From NCBI GenBank assembly GCA_965213675.1, contig OZ243916.1, positions 3,104,001-3,168,000 on the forward strand: a stretch of DNA of 64,000 nucleotides, written 5' to 3'. Under the pieces are notes generated by a model, which saw only the letters and a list, made by a program, of their open reading frames with translations, ran no database searches and was not told where the DNA came from. The position numbers and the translations under genes were made by a program. Below, piece after piece: positions 10,674 through 28,817 of this stretch (the stretch's first letter is position 1; every line of letters starts with the position of its first letter). The DNA is from an uncultured Candidatus Binatia bacterium (GTDB lineage: Bacteria; Desulfobacterota; Binatia; UBA9968; JAJDTQ01).

Positions 10674-10973
10674 ATGGTTACCAAGGAACAGGTCTACGAA
10701 GCCCTGCTGGACTGCTACGACCCCGAGATCCCGGTGAACATCGTGGACTTGGGCCTCGTCTACGACGTGGAGGTCGCGGACGACGCCGTCGAAGTGAAAA
10801 TGACACTGACCGCGCCGGGATGCGGCATGGGCGGCATGATCGCCGCCAACGCCGAGTCCCTCATCCGGGAGATCCCCGGGGTCAAGGACGCCAGCGTCGA
10901 TCTCGTGTGGGATCCGCCCTGGGAGCCCAGCCGCATCAGCGAGGAAGCACGGCAGAAGCTCGGCATCGAATAG
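10674..10973 (+). CDS. DUF59/SufT-like Fe-S cluster assembly factor
   Basis: YDPEIPVNIVDLGLVY, MTLTAPGCGMG, LVWDPPW. Confidence 0.92.
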   Translation: MVTKEQVYEALLDCYDPEIPVNIVDLGLVYDVEVADDAVEVKMTLTAPGCGMGGMIAANAESLIREIPGVKDASVDLVWDPPWEPSRISEEARQKLGIE

Positions 10974-10989
10974 GGCCTTGATCGGGCCA

Positions 10990-11155
10990 CCCGTGTCGTG
11001 TTCCACGTAAAAGTCGACAAATCTGCGGGTCTTTTTTCGTCGTCGGCTGCGTTGCACTTCCTCGCGTGGTAACCGCCACGGCTCGTCATCGCGCCTTGCC
11101 GACAACGAAAAATCCTGCGCTCCTTTGTCATCATTGACGTGGAACACGATACTGG
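10990..11155. mobile_element. ~165-bp structured repeat / MITE, copy 1
   Basis: Core GCTGCGTTGCACTTCCTCGCGTGGTAACCGCCACGGCTCGTCATCGCGCCTTGCCGACAAC shared with 33964-34128 and (inverted) 53355-53519. Imperfect terminal IR gtgtcgtgttccacgt / acgtggaacacgatac. Confidence 0.8.
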
Positions 11156-11258
11156 CGGCAGGGCGTCCTCCGAAACCGCTCGCCCTTTGGCGCGACCGGA
11201 CACCTGGATCACGTTCAGGACGAACGTGATCCAGCCGCGTTCTCCAGCCGATTCCGCG

Positions 11259-11328
11259 GTTCGTCCTGAGCGCTTCGGCCGGCTCGGGACAGGCTCCGCG
11301 GAGCGTGGGCGCAGCGACGTCGAAGGAC
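11259..11328. repeat. GTTCGTCCTGAGC...GTCGAAGGAC-type REP-like element
   Basis: gttcgtcctgagc...gggacagg...gtcgaaggac. An inverted partial copy lies at ~11212-11226 and a degenerate copy at ~7035-7083. Confidence 0.5.
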
Positions 11329-11332
11329 CACC

Positions 11333-17107
<5,775 letters not shown>

Positions 17108-17307
17108 ACCCACGGACGCGGAACACGGTGCCGGAAGGCACCGCATCATGTTGGAAGGCCCATGCGTCGCCTGTCACTGGTCAATTGACGACCCTTTGGC
17201 GTGTCCACCCGGGGTGGAGTCCTTGCAGGATGGGCGGGTGTTGCATTCGGCGGCCAAAACGGAAAGAAAGGGAGCAGACTTCACTGGACCACCGCAGGAG
17301 GAAACAG

Positions 17308-17922
17308 ATGATCATCGAGATGAGAACCTACACGCTCAAGCCCGGCAAGACGCCGGACTTCGAGAAGGCCTTCGAGGAAGGGCTGGAGCACCGCGCCAAG
17401 ATCTCGCCCCTGGGGGCGTTCTTCCGCTCCGAGGTTGGGCAACTGAACCAGGTGATTCACATTTGGCCGTACGAGAGCTTTGCGGAGAAGGACCGCATCG
17501 GCGCCGAGGCCCGCGCCACCGGGCACTGGCCGCCCAAGGTGCGCGACTTCATGGTGACGCAGGAAAGCAAGGTCTTCCAGCCGGCGCCTTTTTCTCCGCC
17601 GCTGGAACCCCGCCAGTTGGGCAGTATCTACGAGATCCGCACCTACACAGTGCATCCCGGCCTCATCCCGGACCTTATCAAGCGCTGGGAGGATTGCATC
17701 GAGGACCGCGTCAAGATCTCGCCCCTGGCGGGCGCATGGTTCACGACCTACGGGTCGCTCAACCAGTGGGTGCATATCTGGCCCTACAAGGACATGGGTG
17801 AACGTTCCCGGCTCCGCGCCGAGGCCATGAAGCTCCCCAACTGGCCGCCCACCACCCGCGAGATGCTGCTCCACCAGGAGAATTCCATCGTCGTGCCGGC
17901 GTCCTTCTCGCCGTTGCGCTGA
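17308..17922 (+). CDS. NIPSNAP family protein (two domains)
   Basis: IIEMRTYTLKPG and IYEIRTYTVHPG, LNQVIHIWPY, C-terminal PASFSPLR. AGGAGG RBS. Confidence 0.9.
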   Translation: MIIEMRTYTLKPGKTPDFEKAFEEGLEHRAKISPLGAFFRSEVGQLNQVIHIWPYESFAEKDRIGAEARATGHWPPKVRDFMVTQESKVFQPAPFSPPLEPRQLGSIYEIRTYTVHPGLIPDLIKRWEDCIEDRVKISPLAGAWFTTYGSLNQWVHIWPYKDMGERSRLRAEAMKLPNWPPTTREMLLHQENSIVVPASFSPLR

Positions 17923-18142
17923 TTTTCGACAGGCGCTCTTGAGAGCGCCGCCATCGTGCTTCCGTGCCGCCGGGCGGGTGCTTGAAGGGTGAACCTCAAG
18001 TAACCGGCCGGCGGTGCGTCACTGACCACGCCCGCTGGAAAGATTTCGCCGCATTGATGGTGATGATCCTTCCATTCAACCCCGACAAACTGCGCTGGGT
18101 GGAATGACCCCGGCCTGCCGCCGGGCGTTAAGGAGTTCGACG

Positions 18143-18682
18143 ATGTCCGCCTTCGCCTTGTTCAAGCTACTTGGGGCCGTCAGCGCGTTCGCCGTCCTGC
18201 CCGCGACGGCTCTGGCGCAACATACCCACACGCACGCGGCCTCTCCCTATGCGCACACCCAGAGCGCCGAGTTCGCGACGCTCACCCCCGGCGAGGTGCG
18301 CGAGTTGCGGAACGGCGAAGGCATGGGCCTTGCGCGCGCCGCCGAGTTGAACAGTTTCCCGGGTCCCAGGCATCTTCTCGATCTCAAGGCCGAACTCGAA
18401 CTCGACCACGCACAGGTCGCGCGCATCAAGGCAGTTCACGCAAAGATGAAGGCTGGGGCCGTCGCCAAGGGCGAAGCCATCCTCCAGGCGGAGCGCCACC
18501 TCGCGAACCTCTTCGCTTCGGGACGGCCGGCAGCGGTGGAGATGACCCGCATCACCGAGCATCTCGGCATCCTCCGCGGACAACTCCAGGCCATCCACCT
18601 GCTCGCCCACATCGAGAGCGCCCGCGAACTCAGCGCCGCTCAGATCGAGAACTACGACCGGCTCCGAGGCTACCGGCGGTGA
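18143..18682 (+). CDS. Periplasmic Spy/CpxP-like (heavy-metal-sensor-like) protein
   Basis: Signal peptide ending ALA-QHTHTH, then GEGMGLARAAELNSFPGPRHLL and C-terminal YDRLRGY. AAGGAG RBS. Confidence 0.7.
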   Translation: MSAFALFKLLGAVSAFAVLPATALAQHTHTHAASPYAHTQSAEFATLTPGEVRELRNGEGMGLARAAELNSFPGPRHLLDLKAELELDHAQVARIKAVHAKMKAGAVAKGEAILQAERHLANLFASGRPAAVEMTRITEHLGILRGQLQAIHLLAHIESARELSAAQIENYDRLRGYRR

Positions 18683-18909
18683 TATCGTCTCGGCAGTGAA
18701 ACGGCCGCTGATGGGGATTGCCCCGCTGTCCCAATCCAAGCGCGACAGCGACGGGTTGGGTATTGTCCAACCCCTTCTGTCACGGGATGGCAGCGTTCCT
18801 GTATTGAGACGGTAATCACCTGACAGTCTCGCCATCAGCGCCCAAAGGCAAGCGAGGAGGGCGCCGTGCGACGCGATAAGGGAGGGGGAAGATGCGAGAT
18901 GTTCGCCGC

Positions 18910-20011
18910 CTACCCCTCCTCCCCCTCCATCAGATAGCTCTGGATGAAGCGGTCGATGTCGCCGTCGAGGACGGCGTCGGCGTTGCCGAACTCCAGGTTG
19001 GTGCGATGGTCCTTGACCATGCGGTAGGGGTGCAGGACGTAGGAGCGGATCTGGCTGCCCCAGGCGATGTCCTTCTTGGCCTTGGCATAGCTGTCCCTCA
19101 TTTCCCGCTGCTTCTCCACTTCCAGTTCGTAGAGCCGTGAGCGCAGGATGCGCATGGCCATGGCCTTGTTCTTGTGTTGCGAGCGCTCGTTCTGGCAGGC
19201 CACGACGATGTTGGTGGGGAGGTGGGTGATGCGCACCGCGGAATCGGTCTTGTTGACGTGCTGGCCGCCGGCGCCGCTGGAGCGGTAGGTGTCGATGCGC
19301 AGTTCGGAGTCGTCTATTTCCACGTCGATGGTATCGTCCACCTCGGGATAGACGAATACCGAGGCGAACGACGTGTGGCGCCGGGAGTTGGCGTCAAAAG
19401 GCGAGATGCGCACCAGCCGGTGAATGCCCGCCTCGCACTTCGTGTAGCCGTAGGCGTGATTGCCGGCGATGGTGAAGGTGACGCGCTTGAGGCCCGCCTC
19501 CTCGCCGGGCTGATACTCCATGATCTCGGTCTTGTAGCCGCGCCGGTCGCCCCAGCGGAGGTACATGCGCAGCAGCATCTCGGCCCAGTCCTGGGACTCG
19601 GTACCACCGGCCCCGGGGTGCAGGGTGACGATGGCGTCCCGGTGGTCATCGGGGCCGCCCAGGAGCCGGCGAAGCTCCATCTCCGCCAGGCTGTCGGTGG
19701 CTTCGCGCAGGCGGGACTCGGTCTCTTCCAGGGCCTCGGCGTCGTTCTCTTCCTCGGCCAGATCCAGAAAGAAACGCGCCTCTTCGATGGTGGACTGGCA
19801 CTTGCCGTAGTCGTCCACGGCCTCGCGCAGCAGGGATTGTTCCTTGAGGACTTCCTGGGCCTTGTCGGCGTCGTTCCAGAAATCGGGCTTGGTGGTGAGG
19901 GTTACGAGCTCGTCGATGCGCTGCTGTTTGACTTCGACGTCAAAGGCGCCTCCGTAGCAGGGTCAGCTTGTCTTCGAGCTGTGTGAGTTGTTCGCGTGCT
20001 TCGTCAAACAT
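18910..20011 (-). CDS. prfB: Peptide chain release factor 2, with programmed +1 frameshift
   Basis: ATG 20011 gives [23 protein letters not shown], then CTT-TGA-C at 19945-19939. The +1 frame continues DVEVKQQRI...FWNDAD... and carries the SPF and GGQ motifs. Confidence 0.96.
19939..19953 (-). promoter_or_regulatory. prfB autoregulatory +1 frameshift cassette
   Basis: On the minus strand, GGAGG (19953-19949) lies 3 nt upstream of CTTTGAC. Confidence 0.93.
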
Positions 20012-20120
20012 GATGGGCTCCTGCAACTTTTGGTGACGCTATCGCGCCTGGACAGCGATGATCATCAATATAGCGGATGTGGCGCCAACGACAAAAACGT
20101 GGCCGTCCGCGCCCGCCCCG

Positions 20121-20340
20121 CTCCTGTGTCATTCCCCTTCGTCCCCTGTGTCAGTCCCGCCCGTCCCCTGTGTCAGTCCCGCCCGTCCCCTGCGTCATTT
20201 CCGCGAAAGCGGGAATCCATGGGATGGGCCAACCGGCATGTTTCCCCACCTCACCCCGCCTGGATTTCCGCTTCCGCGGGAATGACACAGGGGACGAGGG
20301 GAATGATACAGGGGGAAATGACAGGCAGCGGGAATGATGA
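20121..20340. repeat. Compound REP element with tandemly amplified arms
   Basis: Central gtcatttccgcgaaagcgggaatcca...tggatttccgcttccgcgggaatgac. The left side has a 22-bp tandem GTCCCCTGTGTCAGTCCCGCCC x2 (20141-20184). The right side has inverted GGGAATGACACAGGGGACG-like repeats. Confidence 0.8.
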
Positions 20341-20365
20341 TTCGCAACTTTGGCGCTGTCATTTC

Positions 20366-20854
20366 CTATCGGGGCAGATTCCTGGCCGGCTTCGGTGCCG
20401 GCGGTGTGTCGGCCTTCAGCTCCTGCCGCAGGCGCCGCTCCAGGGCGCGCATCTCGCGTTCGTCCACGGCCGAGCGCTCGTGGTCGTATCCCAGGTTGTG
20501 CAGGATGCCGTGGATGAGCAGCGCTTCCAGTTCGTCCTCGAAGGAACGCCGCCGCTGCCGGGCCTGGCGGGCGGCCTTCTCCACGGAGATGACGACGTCG
20601 CCGATGAGGCGGTGGCCGGAGGGTAACCGCTCGCCCACGGGGAACGAGAGCACGTCAGTGGGTTCGTCGCGGGATCGGTAGCGTCCGTTCAGGTTGCGGA
20701 TCTCATCGTCGCCCACCAGCGCCACGCTCAACTCGCAGCCGTCCTGGTCCAGGAGGCGCAGAATGCGGCGTGCCTTGGTCTTGAGCGCACGTATGGGGAT
20801 TCGCCTGGCTGGCCCTCGACGTGCGATGTCTACGATGATTGAACTCTCAGCCAT
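20366..20854 (-). CDS. ybeY: rRNA maturation endoribonuclease YbeY
   Basis: LNGRYRSRDEPTDVLSFP, GDVVIS, HGILHNLGYDH. Confidence 0.95.
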   Translation of the reverse strand: MAESSIIVDIARRGPARRIPIRALKTKARRILRLLDQDGCELSVALVGDDEIRNLNGRYRSRDEPTDVLSFPVGERLPSGHRLIGDVVISVEKAARQARQRRRSFEDELEALLIHGILHNLGYDHERSAVDEREMRALERRLRQELKADTPPAPKPARNLPR

Positions 20855-20941
20855 GGTGGTCGAAGGAGACCCCACACTAGACCGGGAATGGATCGGCGCG
20901 CTATTCCCGGTGCGGCCGCGTGCAGGTGATCCTCCGTCGCC

Positions 20942-21937
20942 TTATGGGTCAGCGGTGTCGCGCTCGTACGCGGTGATGATGTCCTGCACCAGGCGGTGCC
21001 GGGCCACGTCCTTCTCGGTGAAGGTGCTGAAGCGGATGCCCTCCACCCCGCGCAGGATGCGCCAGGCTTCCTTGAGCCCGGAGAGGCGGCCCGCGGGCAG
21101 GTCGATCTGGGTCACGTCGCCGGTGATGACCGCCTTGGAGCCATAGCCCAGGCGGGTGAGGAACATCTTCATCTGCTCGGGCGTGGTGTTCTGCCCCTCG
21201 TCCAGTATGACAAAGGAGTCATTGAGGGTGCGCCCGCGCATGAAGGCCAGGGGCGCCACCTCGATGCTGCCCCGGTCCAGCAGGCGCCGGGCCTTGTCGA
21301 AGTCCACCATGTCGTGCATGGCGTCGTACAGGGGACGCAGGTAGGGGTTGACCTTCTCGGCGAGGTCGCCGGGCAGGAAGCCGAGCTTCTCTCCGGCCTC
21401 CACCGCCGGGCGGGTGAGAATGATGCGCGCGTAGTTGTTCTTCATCAACTCGGACACCGCCATGGCCATGGCCAGGTACGTCTTGCCGGTTCCGGCCGGG
21501 CCGATGCCGAAGACGATGTCGTGGCGCCGGATGGCGTCGATGTAGGCTTTCTGGGCGACGCTCTTGGGGGTGATGGTGCGCTTGTGGGACGAGATGTAGA
21601 TGGTGTCGAGAAAGATCTCCTGCAGGTTGGCCCTGGCGTTGCTGCCGAGGATGCGGATGGCGTAGTCCACGTCGCTGCCGTACACGGGGTAGCCGCGTTC
21701 CAGCAGGCCGTAGAGTTGGCGCATGACTTCCCGCGCCAATTCCGAATCGGGCGGGTCGCCGAGGATCTCCATCTCGGTGCCATGTACGCGGAACTTGACC
21801 CCCAACGCCCGCTGCGCGATCTTCAGGTGCTCGTCCTGGTTGCCCAGAAGCTCCCGGAACAGCCGCGGGTCGCTGAACGCCAGATGAGGCACGGCCAGCA
21901 TGCTCTCGACAGTGGCTTGACTCACGCGGTCTCCCAT
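20942..21937 (-). CDS. phoH: PhoH family ATPase
   Basis: [44 protein letters not shown]. Lies upstream of ybeY. Confidence 0.95.
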   Translation of the reverse strand: MGDRVSQATVESMLAVPHLAFSDPRLFRELLGNQDEHLKIAQRALGVKFRVHGTEMEILGDPPDSELAREVMRQLYGLLERGYPVYGSDVDYAIRILGSNARANLQEIFLDTIYISSHKRTITPKSVAQKAYIDAIRRHDIVFGIGPAGTGKTYLAMAMAVSELMKNNYARIILTRPAVEAGEKLGFLPGDLAEKVNPYLRPLYDAMHDMVDFDKARRLLDRGSIEVAPLAFMRGRTLNDSFVILDEGQNTTPEQMKMFLTRLGYGSKAVITGDVTQIDLPAGRLSGLKEAWRILRGVEGIRFSTFTEKDVARHRLVQDIITAYERDTADP

Positions 21938-21973
21938 GGAGTGACGGTGACGACGTCCATCAAGAAAGCCGGA

Positions 21974-24739
21974 TCAAGAAATCCCGGAAACGATCTCCCG
22001 GGCCAGACGCAGCGCCTCATCGGTCTTCTGCGGCTGCTTTCCCCCGGCCTGGGCGAAGTCCGCGCGGCCGCCGCCGCCCCCGCCCACGGCGGGCGCCACC
22101 TGCTTGATGATGTTCCCCGCGTGATAACGTTCGTCGAGTCCGCCGCCGGCTCCCGCCGCCAGCATCACGTTGTTTTCGCCGGGACACGCGAGGAAGACGA
22201 AGGCGTCCGGCATCTGCTGCCGGAGCTGGTCCACCGTCTCCCGAAGCTGCCTGGCGTCCATCCCGTCGACCTTCTCGACGATGAAGCTTGCGCCGGCCGC
22301 GTTCTTGCGCGCCTTGCCGAGGAGTTCCGGCACCCGATTGCGGCCGAGTTGGTCCTTGAGTTCCGCCACCTGACGTTCCAACTCCTTCTGCCGCTCCAGC
22401 AGGCGCCGCACCTTCTCCACGGCGTTCTCGTTGGTGCTGCGCAGCAGGCCGGTGACCTCGGCCAGCACCGAGTCACAGGCGCGCATGACGTCGAACGCGG
22501 TGGCGCCGGTGACGGCCTCGATGCGCCGCACGCCGGCAGACACGCCACCTTCGGCGGTCAGCCGGAACAGTCCGATGTCGCCGGCCTGATGGATGTGGGT
22601 GCCGCCGCACAGCTCGGTGGAGAAGTCGCCGATGCGCACCACCCGCACGCGGTCGCCGTACTTGTCGCCGAAGAACGCCATGGCGCCGGCGCGGATGGCA
22701 TCGTCGTAGGCCATCTCCTCGGTGGTGACCCCGCCGTTCTCGCGCACGCGCTGGTTCACCTCGCGTTCGATGCGCTCAAGAACTTCCGGATCCACCGGGC
22801 CGTTGCAGGTAAAGTCGAAACGCAGCCGGCCGGGCGCCACCAGCGAGCCGGCCTGACGCACGTTCACGCCGAGTTGCTCGCGCAGCACCGCGTGCAGGAC
22901 ATGGGTGGCCGAGTGGTTGAGCATGGCGCGCTGGCGCCGCTCGCCGTCCACCGAGAGTTCCACCTCGTCGCCGGCTGCCACGCGGCCGCTGACGACCTTG
23001 CCCCGGTGCACCGACACGTCCGGCGACGGGTGCCACGTGTCCCGCACTTCGACGGTGTCGCCGCGAGCCGTGCGAATGGCGCCCCGGTCGCCCACCTGGC
23101 CGCCGGACTCGGCGTAGAAGGGCGTCTCCGCGACGATGATGTCCACATCGTCGCCCTCTTGAGCCTCGTCCACCTGTGTCGGGCCGCGATGGATCGCTGT
23201 CACACGCGACTCGTGCTTCACGCGGTCGTAGCCAATGAAACGGCTGGCGGGGAACAGCTTGAAGTCCGCCGAGTCGGAAATGCCCACGGTGTCGGAAGCG
23301 CGGGCCGCGCGCGCCCGCGTCCGTTGCTCTTCCATGAGCCGCTCGAAGCCCTTGTGGTCGACGGTGATGCCCTCGGTCCGGAGGATGTCCTCGGTGAGGT
23401 CCAGGGGAAATCCGTAGGTGTCGTACAAGCGAAACGCCACGTCTCCCGGAAGGACGGTGGCTTCCAGCGATGGGGTGTTCGCCACGTTCCCGGAAGGGCG
23501 CGTCTCCGTTTGTCCCTTCGCGCGAGCCTCCGTCGAGTCGGATGCGCCGAGGTCTTCGGATACGCGGGTCTCCGGGCGTCGCCGGCGCAGTTTCGCCAGC
23601 GATTCCTCCAGATGCACGAGTCCCTTGTCCAGGGTCTCGGCGAACCGGCCCTCCTCGGCCTGGATGGTCCCGATGATGCGATCCGCCTCGGTGTGCAACT
23701 CCGGGTAGGCTCCTCCAAGGACGCCGGCCACCGGCTCCACCAGGTGGAACAGGAACGGCTCCTCGAAACCCAGGAGGCGTCCGTGGCGGGCGGCGCGCCG
23801 GAGCAGCCGGCGCAGCACATAGCCGCGGCCGTCGTTGCTGGGAAGTACGCCGTCGGCGATGAGCGAGCTGACCGCGCGGGCGTGGTCGGCGATGACGCGA
23901 AAGGATACGTCCCCCTCGGTGCTGGCGCCGTAGGCCTTGCCCGCCAGTTCCTCGGTGGCGGTGATGATGTCGCGGAACAGGTCCACGTCGTAGTTGGAGA
24001 AGACCCCCTGGAGCACCGCGGTGATGCGCTCGAGCCCCATGCCGGTGTCCACGTGCGTGGCGGGCAGGTCGTGCAGGTCGCCCGCGGTGTCGCGGTTGTA
24101 CTGGATGAACACCAGGTTCCACAGCTCGATGTAGCGGGCGCAGCCGGCGTTGACGGCGCACAGGTGGCCGGGGTCGCCCTTGTGGTCACAAGCCTCGGCG
24201 CCCCGGTCGAGGTGGATCTCGCTGCACGGACCGCACGGGCCGGTATCGCCCATCTCCCAGAAGTTGTCCTGTTCGTCGAAGCGCTGCACCCGCTCCGCCG
24301 GCAGGCCGCTGATGCGGCGCCACAGCGCTTCCGCCTCGTCGTCGTTGCGGTACACCGTGGCGTAGAGCCGGTCCTTGGGCAAGCTCCACTCGCGAGTGAG
24401 CAGATCCCAGGCCCACTCGATGGACTCCTCCTTGTAGTAGTCGCCGAAGGACCAGTTGCCCAGCATCTCGAAGAACGTGTGGTGGTAGGTGTCGCGCCCC
24501 ACCGATTCCAGGTCGTTGTGCTTGCCGCTGATGCGCAGGCACTTCTGGGCGCTGGCGGCGCGCTTGAACGCGGGTTGCTCAAGCCCCAGGAAGATGTTCT
24601 TGAACTGGACCATCCCCGCGTTGGTGAACAGCAGGGTGGGGTCCTGTTGCGGTACCAGGGACGAGCTCTGTACCGCGGTGTGAGCCTTGTCCTTGAAGAA
24701 GTCGAGGAAGCTGTCGCGAATCGTTTTGCCGGACGTCAT
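21974..24739 (-). CDS. alaS: Alanine--tRNA ligase
   Basis: [31 protein letters not shown], editing motifs NHSATH and ELCGGTH, C-terminal [14 protein letters not shown]. Confidence 0.97.
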   Translation of the reverse strand: MTSGKTIRDSFLDFFKDKAHTAVQSSSLVPQQDPTLLFTNAGMVQFKNIFLGLEQPAFKRAASAQKCLRISGKHNDLESVGRDTYHHTFFEMLGNWSFGDYYKEESIEWAWDLLTREWSLPKDRLYATVYRNDDEAEALWRRISGLPAERVQRFDEQDNFWEMGDTGPCGPCSEIHLDRGAEACDHKGDPGHLCAVNAGCARYIELWNLVFIQYNRDTAGDLHDLPATHVDTGMGLERITAVLQGVFSNYDVDLFRDIITATEELAGKAYGASTEGDVSFRVIADHARAVSSLIADGVLPSNDGRGYVLRRLLRRAARHGRLLGFEEPFLFHLVEPVAGVLGGAYPELHTEADRIIGTIQAEEGRFAETLDKGLVHLEESLAKLRRRRPETRVSEDLGASDSTEARAKGQTETRPSGNVANTPSLEATVLPGDVAFRLYDTYGFPLDLTEDILRTEGITVDHKGFERLMEEQRTRARAARASDTVGISDSADFKLFPASRFIGYDRVKHESRVTAIHRGPTQVDEAQEGDDVDIIVAETPFYAESGGQVGDRGAIRTARGDTVEVRDTWHPSPDVSVHRGKVVSGRVAAGDEVELSVDGERRQRAMLNHSATHVLHAVLREQLGVNVRQAGSLVAPGRLRFDFTCNGPVDPEVLERIEREVNQRVRENGGVTTEEMAYDDAIRAGAMAFFGDKYGDRVRVVRIGDFSTELCGGTHIHQAGDIGLFRLTAEGGVSAGVRRIEAVTGATAFDVMRACDSVLAEVTGLLRSTNENAVEKVRRLLERQKELERQVAELKDQLGRNRVPELLGKARKNAAGASFIVEKVDGMDARQLRETVDQLRQQMPDAFVFLACPGENNVMLAAGAGGGLDERYHAGNIIKQVAPAVGGGGGGRADFAQAGGKQPQKTDEALRLAREIVSGIS

Positions 24740-24823
24740 GAAGCCCCTTGATAACATCCCCGCGCGCGCGGAGGCAATGTCGGGCGGCGGCTTGTGGACA
24801 GGCCGCGGACGCCCGCCGCCCGG

Positions 24824-25849
<1,026 letters not shown>

Positions 25850-25997
25850 GGATCTCCTCAAAGGGAATCTTGAAACCGGGCCGCACGGTGGAACAGACCG
25901 AACTGCCGCCGCCCCGATGCGCCAGCGCGCAAGGTCCGTACATGGCCTTCTTCGGCCGGTGGAGAGATTTCTCCAGCCGCCACGCTCATGAAGCTCG

Positions 25998-28766
25998 TCA
26001 TGAAGACTGCGGCGCGGGCTCCGTGGCGCTCTGGTGTCCGTTGTCCAGCCGCTCGAAGAAGAGCCGCCGGGTTCCCTTGAAGATTTCCAGCAACAAGGGG
26101 TCGAGCTGGCGGTCCACGGGGATGTTGACGCTCAACGGATCCACGTACCGGTCGCCTTGCCACATCTCGAAATGCAGGTGTGGACCGGTGCACAGTCCGG
26201 AACAGCCCACGTATCCGATGGTCTGACTCTTTCGCACGGACACGCCGCGTCGGATGCCGGGTCCGTAACGCCTCAAGTGCGCGTAACGCGTCTTCACGGC
26301 GCCGCCGTGGCTGATCTCCACAAGCCGTCCGTAGCCGCCCTTCCAGCCCCTGTAGGTGATACGGCCGTCCGCGGCGGCGCGGATGGGAGTGCCCGTTCGA
26401 GCGGCGAAATCCACGCCGTAGTGCGGCCGCCGTACCTTGAGCACGGGGTGAAAGCGGCTCCGTGAGAAACGCGAACTGATGCGCTTGAACTCCACTGGAT
26501 AACGTAGAAAGGAGCGCGACACCGAGCGCCCGTCGGCATCGTAGTAATTCCCCTCGCCATCCGCGTCCTCGAAATAGACGGCTGAATGTTTGCGTCCCGA
26601 GCTGACCACCTCCGCGGCAAGCAACTGGATTTGATCGGATTCGGGATGCCCCGGGCGATACTTTCTGCGGTAGAGTACGCGGTAACTGTCGCCCGGCTGA
26701 AGATCTCTCTGGAAGTTGATGTCCCACCCCAGAATGTCCACCATCCGGGAGATGACGGTCATGTCCGCGCCGGCCTTCTTGGCGTGTTGGTAGAGCGATC
26801 CGCCGTGGATCACCCCGCTGATCGCCCGTACCTCCTGCTGGAAAGGAACGGCGTCCTTGTAGAACAGGACGTTCTTTTCATCGCGGTACCAGGTCAGGCG
26901 CAAGTCGGAGCGAAGCGCGATCTGGAGGGCTTGGAGTTGTCCGACCCCGGCCCCGTTGCCGTTGGAGGTGTGATCCCCGTTTCCATTGGCCGTGCGGGCG
27001 CCGTTGTCGGGCATCTTGAAGTAGAGGTAGACGCGGTTGCCGGCGCGCAGCCGTCGCACGACTCGGTGCTCGCGGAGGCTGGCGAGCCACAGCCGGCGTT
27101 CCTGCTTGTCGTCTTCATAGCGCCGGAGCACGCCCCACAGGTGCTCGCCCTTCCTCAGCTTGTGTGTCACCCGCTCCGTGCCTTCCAGCGAAGGCACAGG
27201 CAGGTTGTCGTTGGATTTCTCGTTGGACGGCGGAATGTATTCCAGCAAGCGGTTCCGCTGCTTGATCCGGGCCAGAGCGTATTCCGACAGGAAGGCGTCC
27301 TTGCCTGGATGCGGCGGGGCTCCGTTGGCGACCGCACCGGCCTCTGGCGAGCTCCGTTGCCCTGGCCCGGTCAAGCGTTCCTTGCTGAAGTGGATTGCGT
27401 TCCCGACCCGTTTCCAACTCAGATTGCGCCCCTTCTTCACTTCCAACTCGATGGCTCGAAGTACAGCGCCCGGGTGTTCCGTGGAAGCCGCGTCAAAATA
27501 CAGGTGCAGTTGTTGACCCGGTTTGAGGCGGGTGACGGGATACTGCCGGTCGATGGCCTCGAACCACCGTTCGGCTACCTTGCCGGAAATCCCCAGGGGT
27601 CTGAAAAGCCTCCCGAGGGTCTGGCCCGCCCGGATGGTGCGGGTCACCTTGTCCGGAGGCTCGAACGTACGGATGGGCGGGGACGCTTCGGAAGCGGGCT
27701 TGGGCGCTCCGGAAGCGGCCGGCCGGATCGCCGCCGGTGGATCGGGTGTGGCGGCGGACTTGGGCGCCGGCGTGGGCTTGTCCTGCGGAACCGGGTGATT
27801 CTTGCCGCGGTAGACGATTCGCCCCTCGGTCCATTGCCATGTCAGCAGGTGGCCGTCTCGCGATTCGATCTGCACGGCCCCCAAGGTCCGTACGCCGCCG
27901 TCGCTGGAGTTGACGAAATGAAGAACGATCTTGCGGCCCGGATACAACTGTCTCAGCGGGTACCGTTTGCCGATGGCGTCGATCCAAGGCTGCTGCGCGT
28001 TGGAGGAAACGCCGTGGCGCCGCAGCACAACGCTGAGAACCTCGCCCCTGCGCAGCACATGGGTCACCGTATTCACGGCGCGCCCTTCGGGCGTGGATGC
28101 GGCGGCGGCCGGCGGAGCCGTGGCTGGCTTGGCCACTGGCTTGGACGCGGCCGCGGGTCCGTCGCCTTCGGTGGGCTTTGCGGGCGGCGTGGGTGACTCG
28201 GGCGCGGCTACCATCGGCACGGGTGTCTTCTCCCGATGGTAGACGAATTCGCCGCCCTGGACCTGCCACGACACGCGTCCCAGACCGGCTCGTTCAATGC
28301 GCAGGGCGGTCAGTTTCCCGAGTTGCAACGACCCCCACGAGGACGTGAAGTAGAAGTGGACCATGTCCCCTTCCATCAGAACGTTGCGTACGCCCAGTTC
28401 CTTGGCCACCGCGAAATGCCAGCGATAGCGCGCGTCCGTGGGTACGCCGAGATCGGTCAACAGCTTGGGCAGAGTATCGCTCGCGCCGGCGAGCTTGGTG
28501 ATGCGTTGTTCGCGGAGGGTGGTCGCCTCCGGACCCGTTTTGTTCTGGGCGAGTTCAAGCGCGTTGCCGGCCTGTGCCGCGAGGCCCACGGCCAGCGTGA
28601 CGGCTGCGAAGGCGGTGGCGTACCGGCGCCACCGCCCGATGCGGGAATTGCCCGGGGACGGAGGAGGCGCAACGGCGGTGGGAACTGAATCGATCAAAGG
28701 AGAGTCACTTTGCCTGAAAAACCGTGCCTCGCAGTTTACCTTACCGCGCCAGGAAATCGAAACCAT
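25998..28766 (-). CDS. M23 family peptidoglycan DD-endopeptidase (MepM-like) with four LysM/OapA-like N-terminal repeats; start uncertain
   Basis: C-terminal HYGVDFAA (HxxxD) and GPHLHF (HxH). An N-terminal TM/signal segment is followed by four ~90-aa repeats separated by Pro/Ala-rich linkers. Confidence 0.85.
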   Translation of the reverse strand: MVSISWRGKVNCEARFFRQSDSPLIDSVPTAVAPPPSPGNSRIGRWRRYATAFAAVTLAVGLAAQAGNALELAQNKTGPEATTLREQRITKLAGASDTLPKLLTDLGVPTDARYRWHFAVAKELGVRNVLMEGDMVHFYFTSSWGSLQLGKLTALRIERAGLGRVSWQVQGGEFVYHREKTPVPMVAAPESPTPPAKPTEGDGPAAASKPVAKPATAPPAAAASTPEGRAVNTVTHVLRRGEVLSVVLRRHGVSSNAQQPWIDAIGKRYPLRQLYPGRKIVLHFVNSSDGGVRTLGAVQIESRDGHLLTWQWTEGRIVYRGKNHPVPQDKPTPAPKSAATPDPPAAIRPAASGAPKPASEASPPIRTFEPPDKVTRTIRAGQTLGRLFRPLGISGKVAERWFEAIDRQYPVTRLKPGQQLHLYFDAASTEHPGAVLRAIELEVKKGRNLSWKRVGNAIHFSKERLTGPGQRSSPEAGAVANGAPPHPGKDAFLSEYALARIKQRNRLLEYIPPSNEKSNDNLPVPSLEGTERVTHKLRKGEHLWGVLRRYEDDKQERRLWLASLREHRVVRRLRAGNRVYLYFKMPDNGARTANGNGDHTSNGNGAGVGQLQALQIALRSDLRLTWYRDEKNVLFYKDAVPFQQEVRAISGVIHGGSLYQHAKKAGADMTVISRMVDILGWDINFQRDLQPGDSYRVLYRRKYRPGHPESDQIQLLAAEVVSSGRKHSAVYFEDADGEGNYYDADGRSVSRSFLRYPVEFKRISSRFSRSRFHPVLKVRRPHYGVDFAARTGTPIRAAADGRITYRGWKGGYGRLVEISHGGAVKTRYAHLRRYGPGIRRGVSVRKSQTIGYVGCSGLCTGPHLHFEMWQGDRYVDPLSVNIPVDRQLDPLLLEIFKGTRRLFFERLDNGHQSATEPAPQSS

Positions 28767-28817
28767 GCAACCGGGCTGTTACGGCAAACGCGCGAACGGC
28801 TTGCCGCAGCGCCGGTT

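Noticed and set aside
20121-20340. Possible CRISPR array
   Set aside because: The units are adjacent with no unique spacers, belong to a REP-like palindrome family, and no cas genes are present.
23461-23590. Intein in alaS
   Set aside because: The insert is too short and lacks the C/S start and HN-C/S/T end motifs.
25850-25997. LexA/SOS box upstream of recA
   Set aside because: No convincing palindrome matching a LexA consensus that I know.
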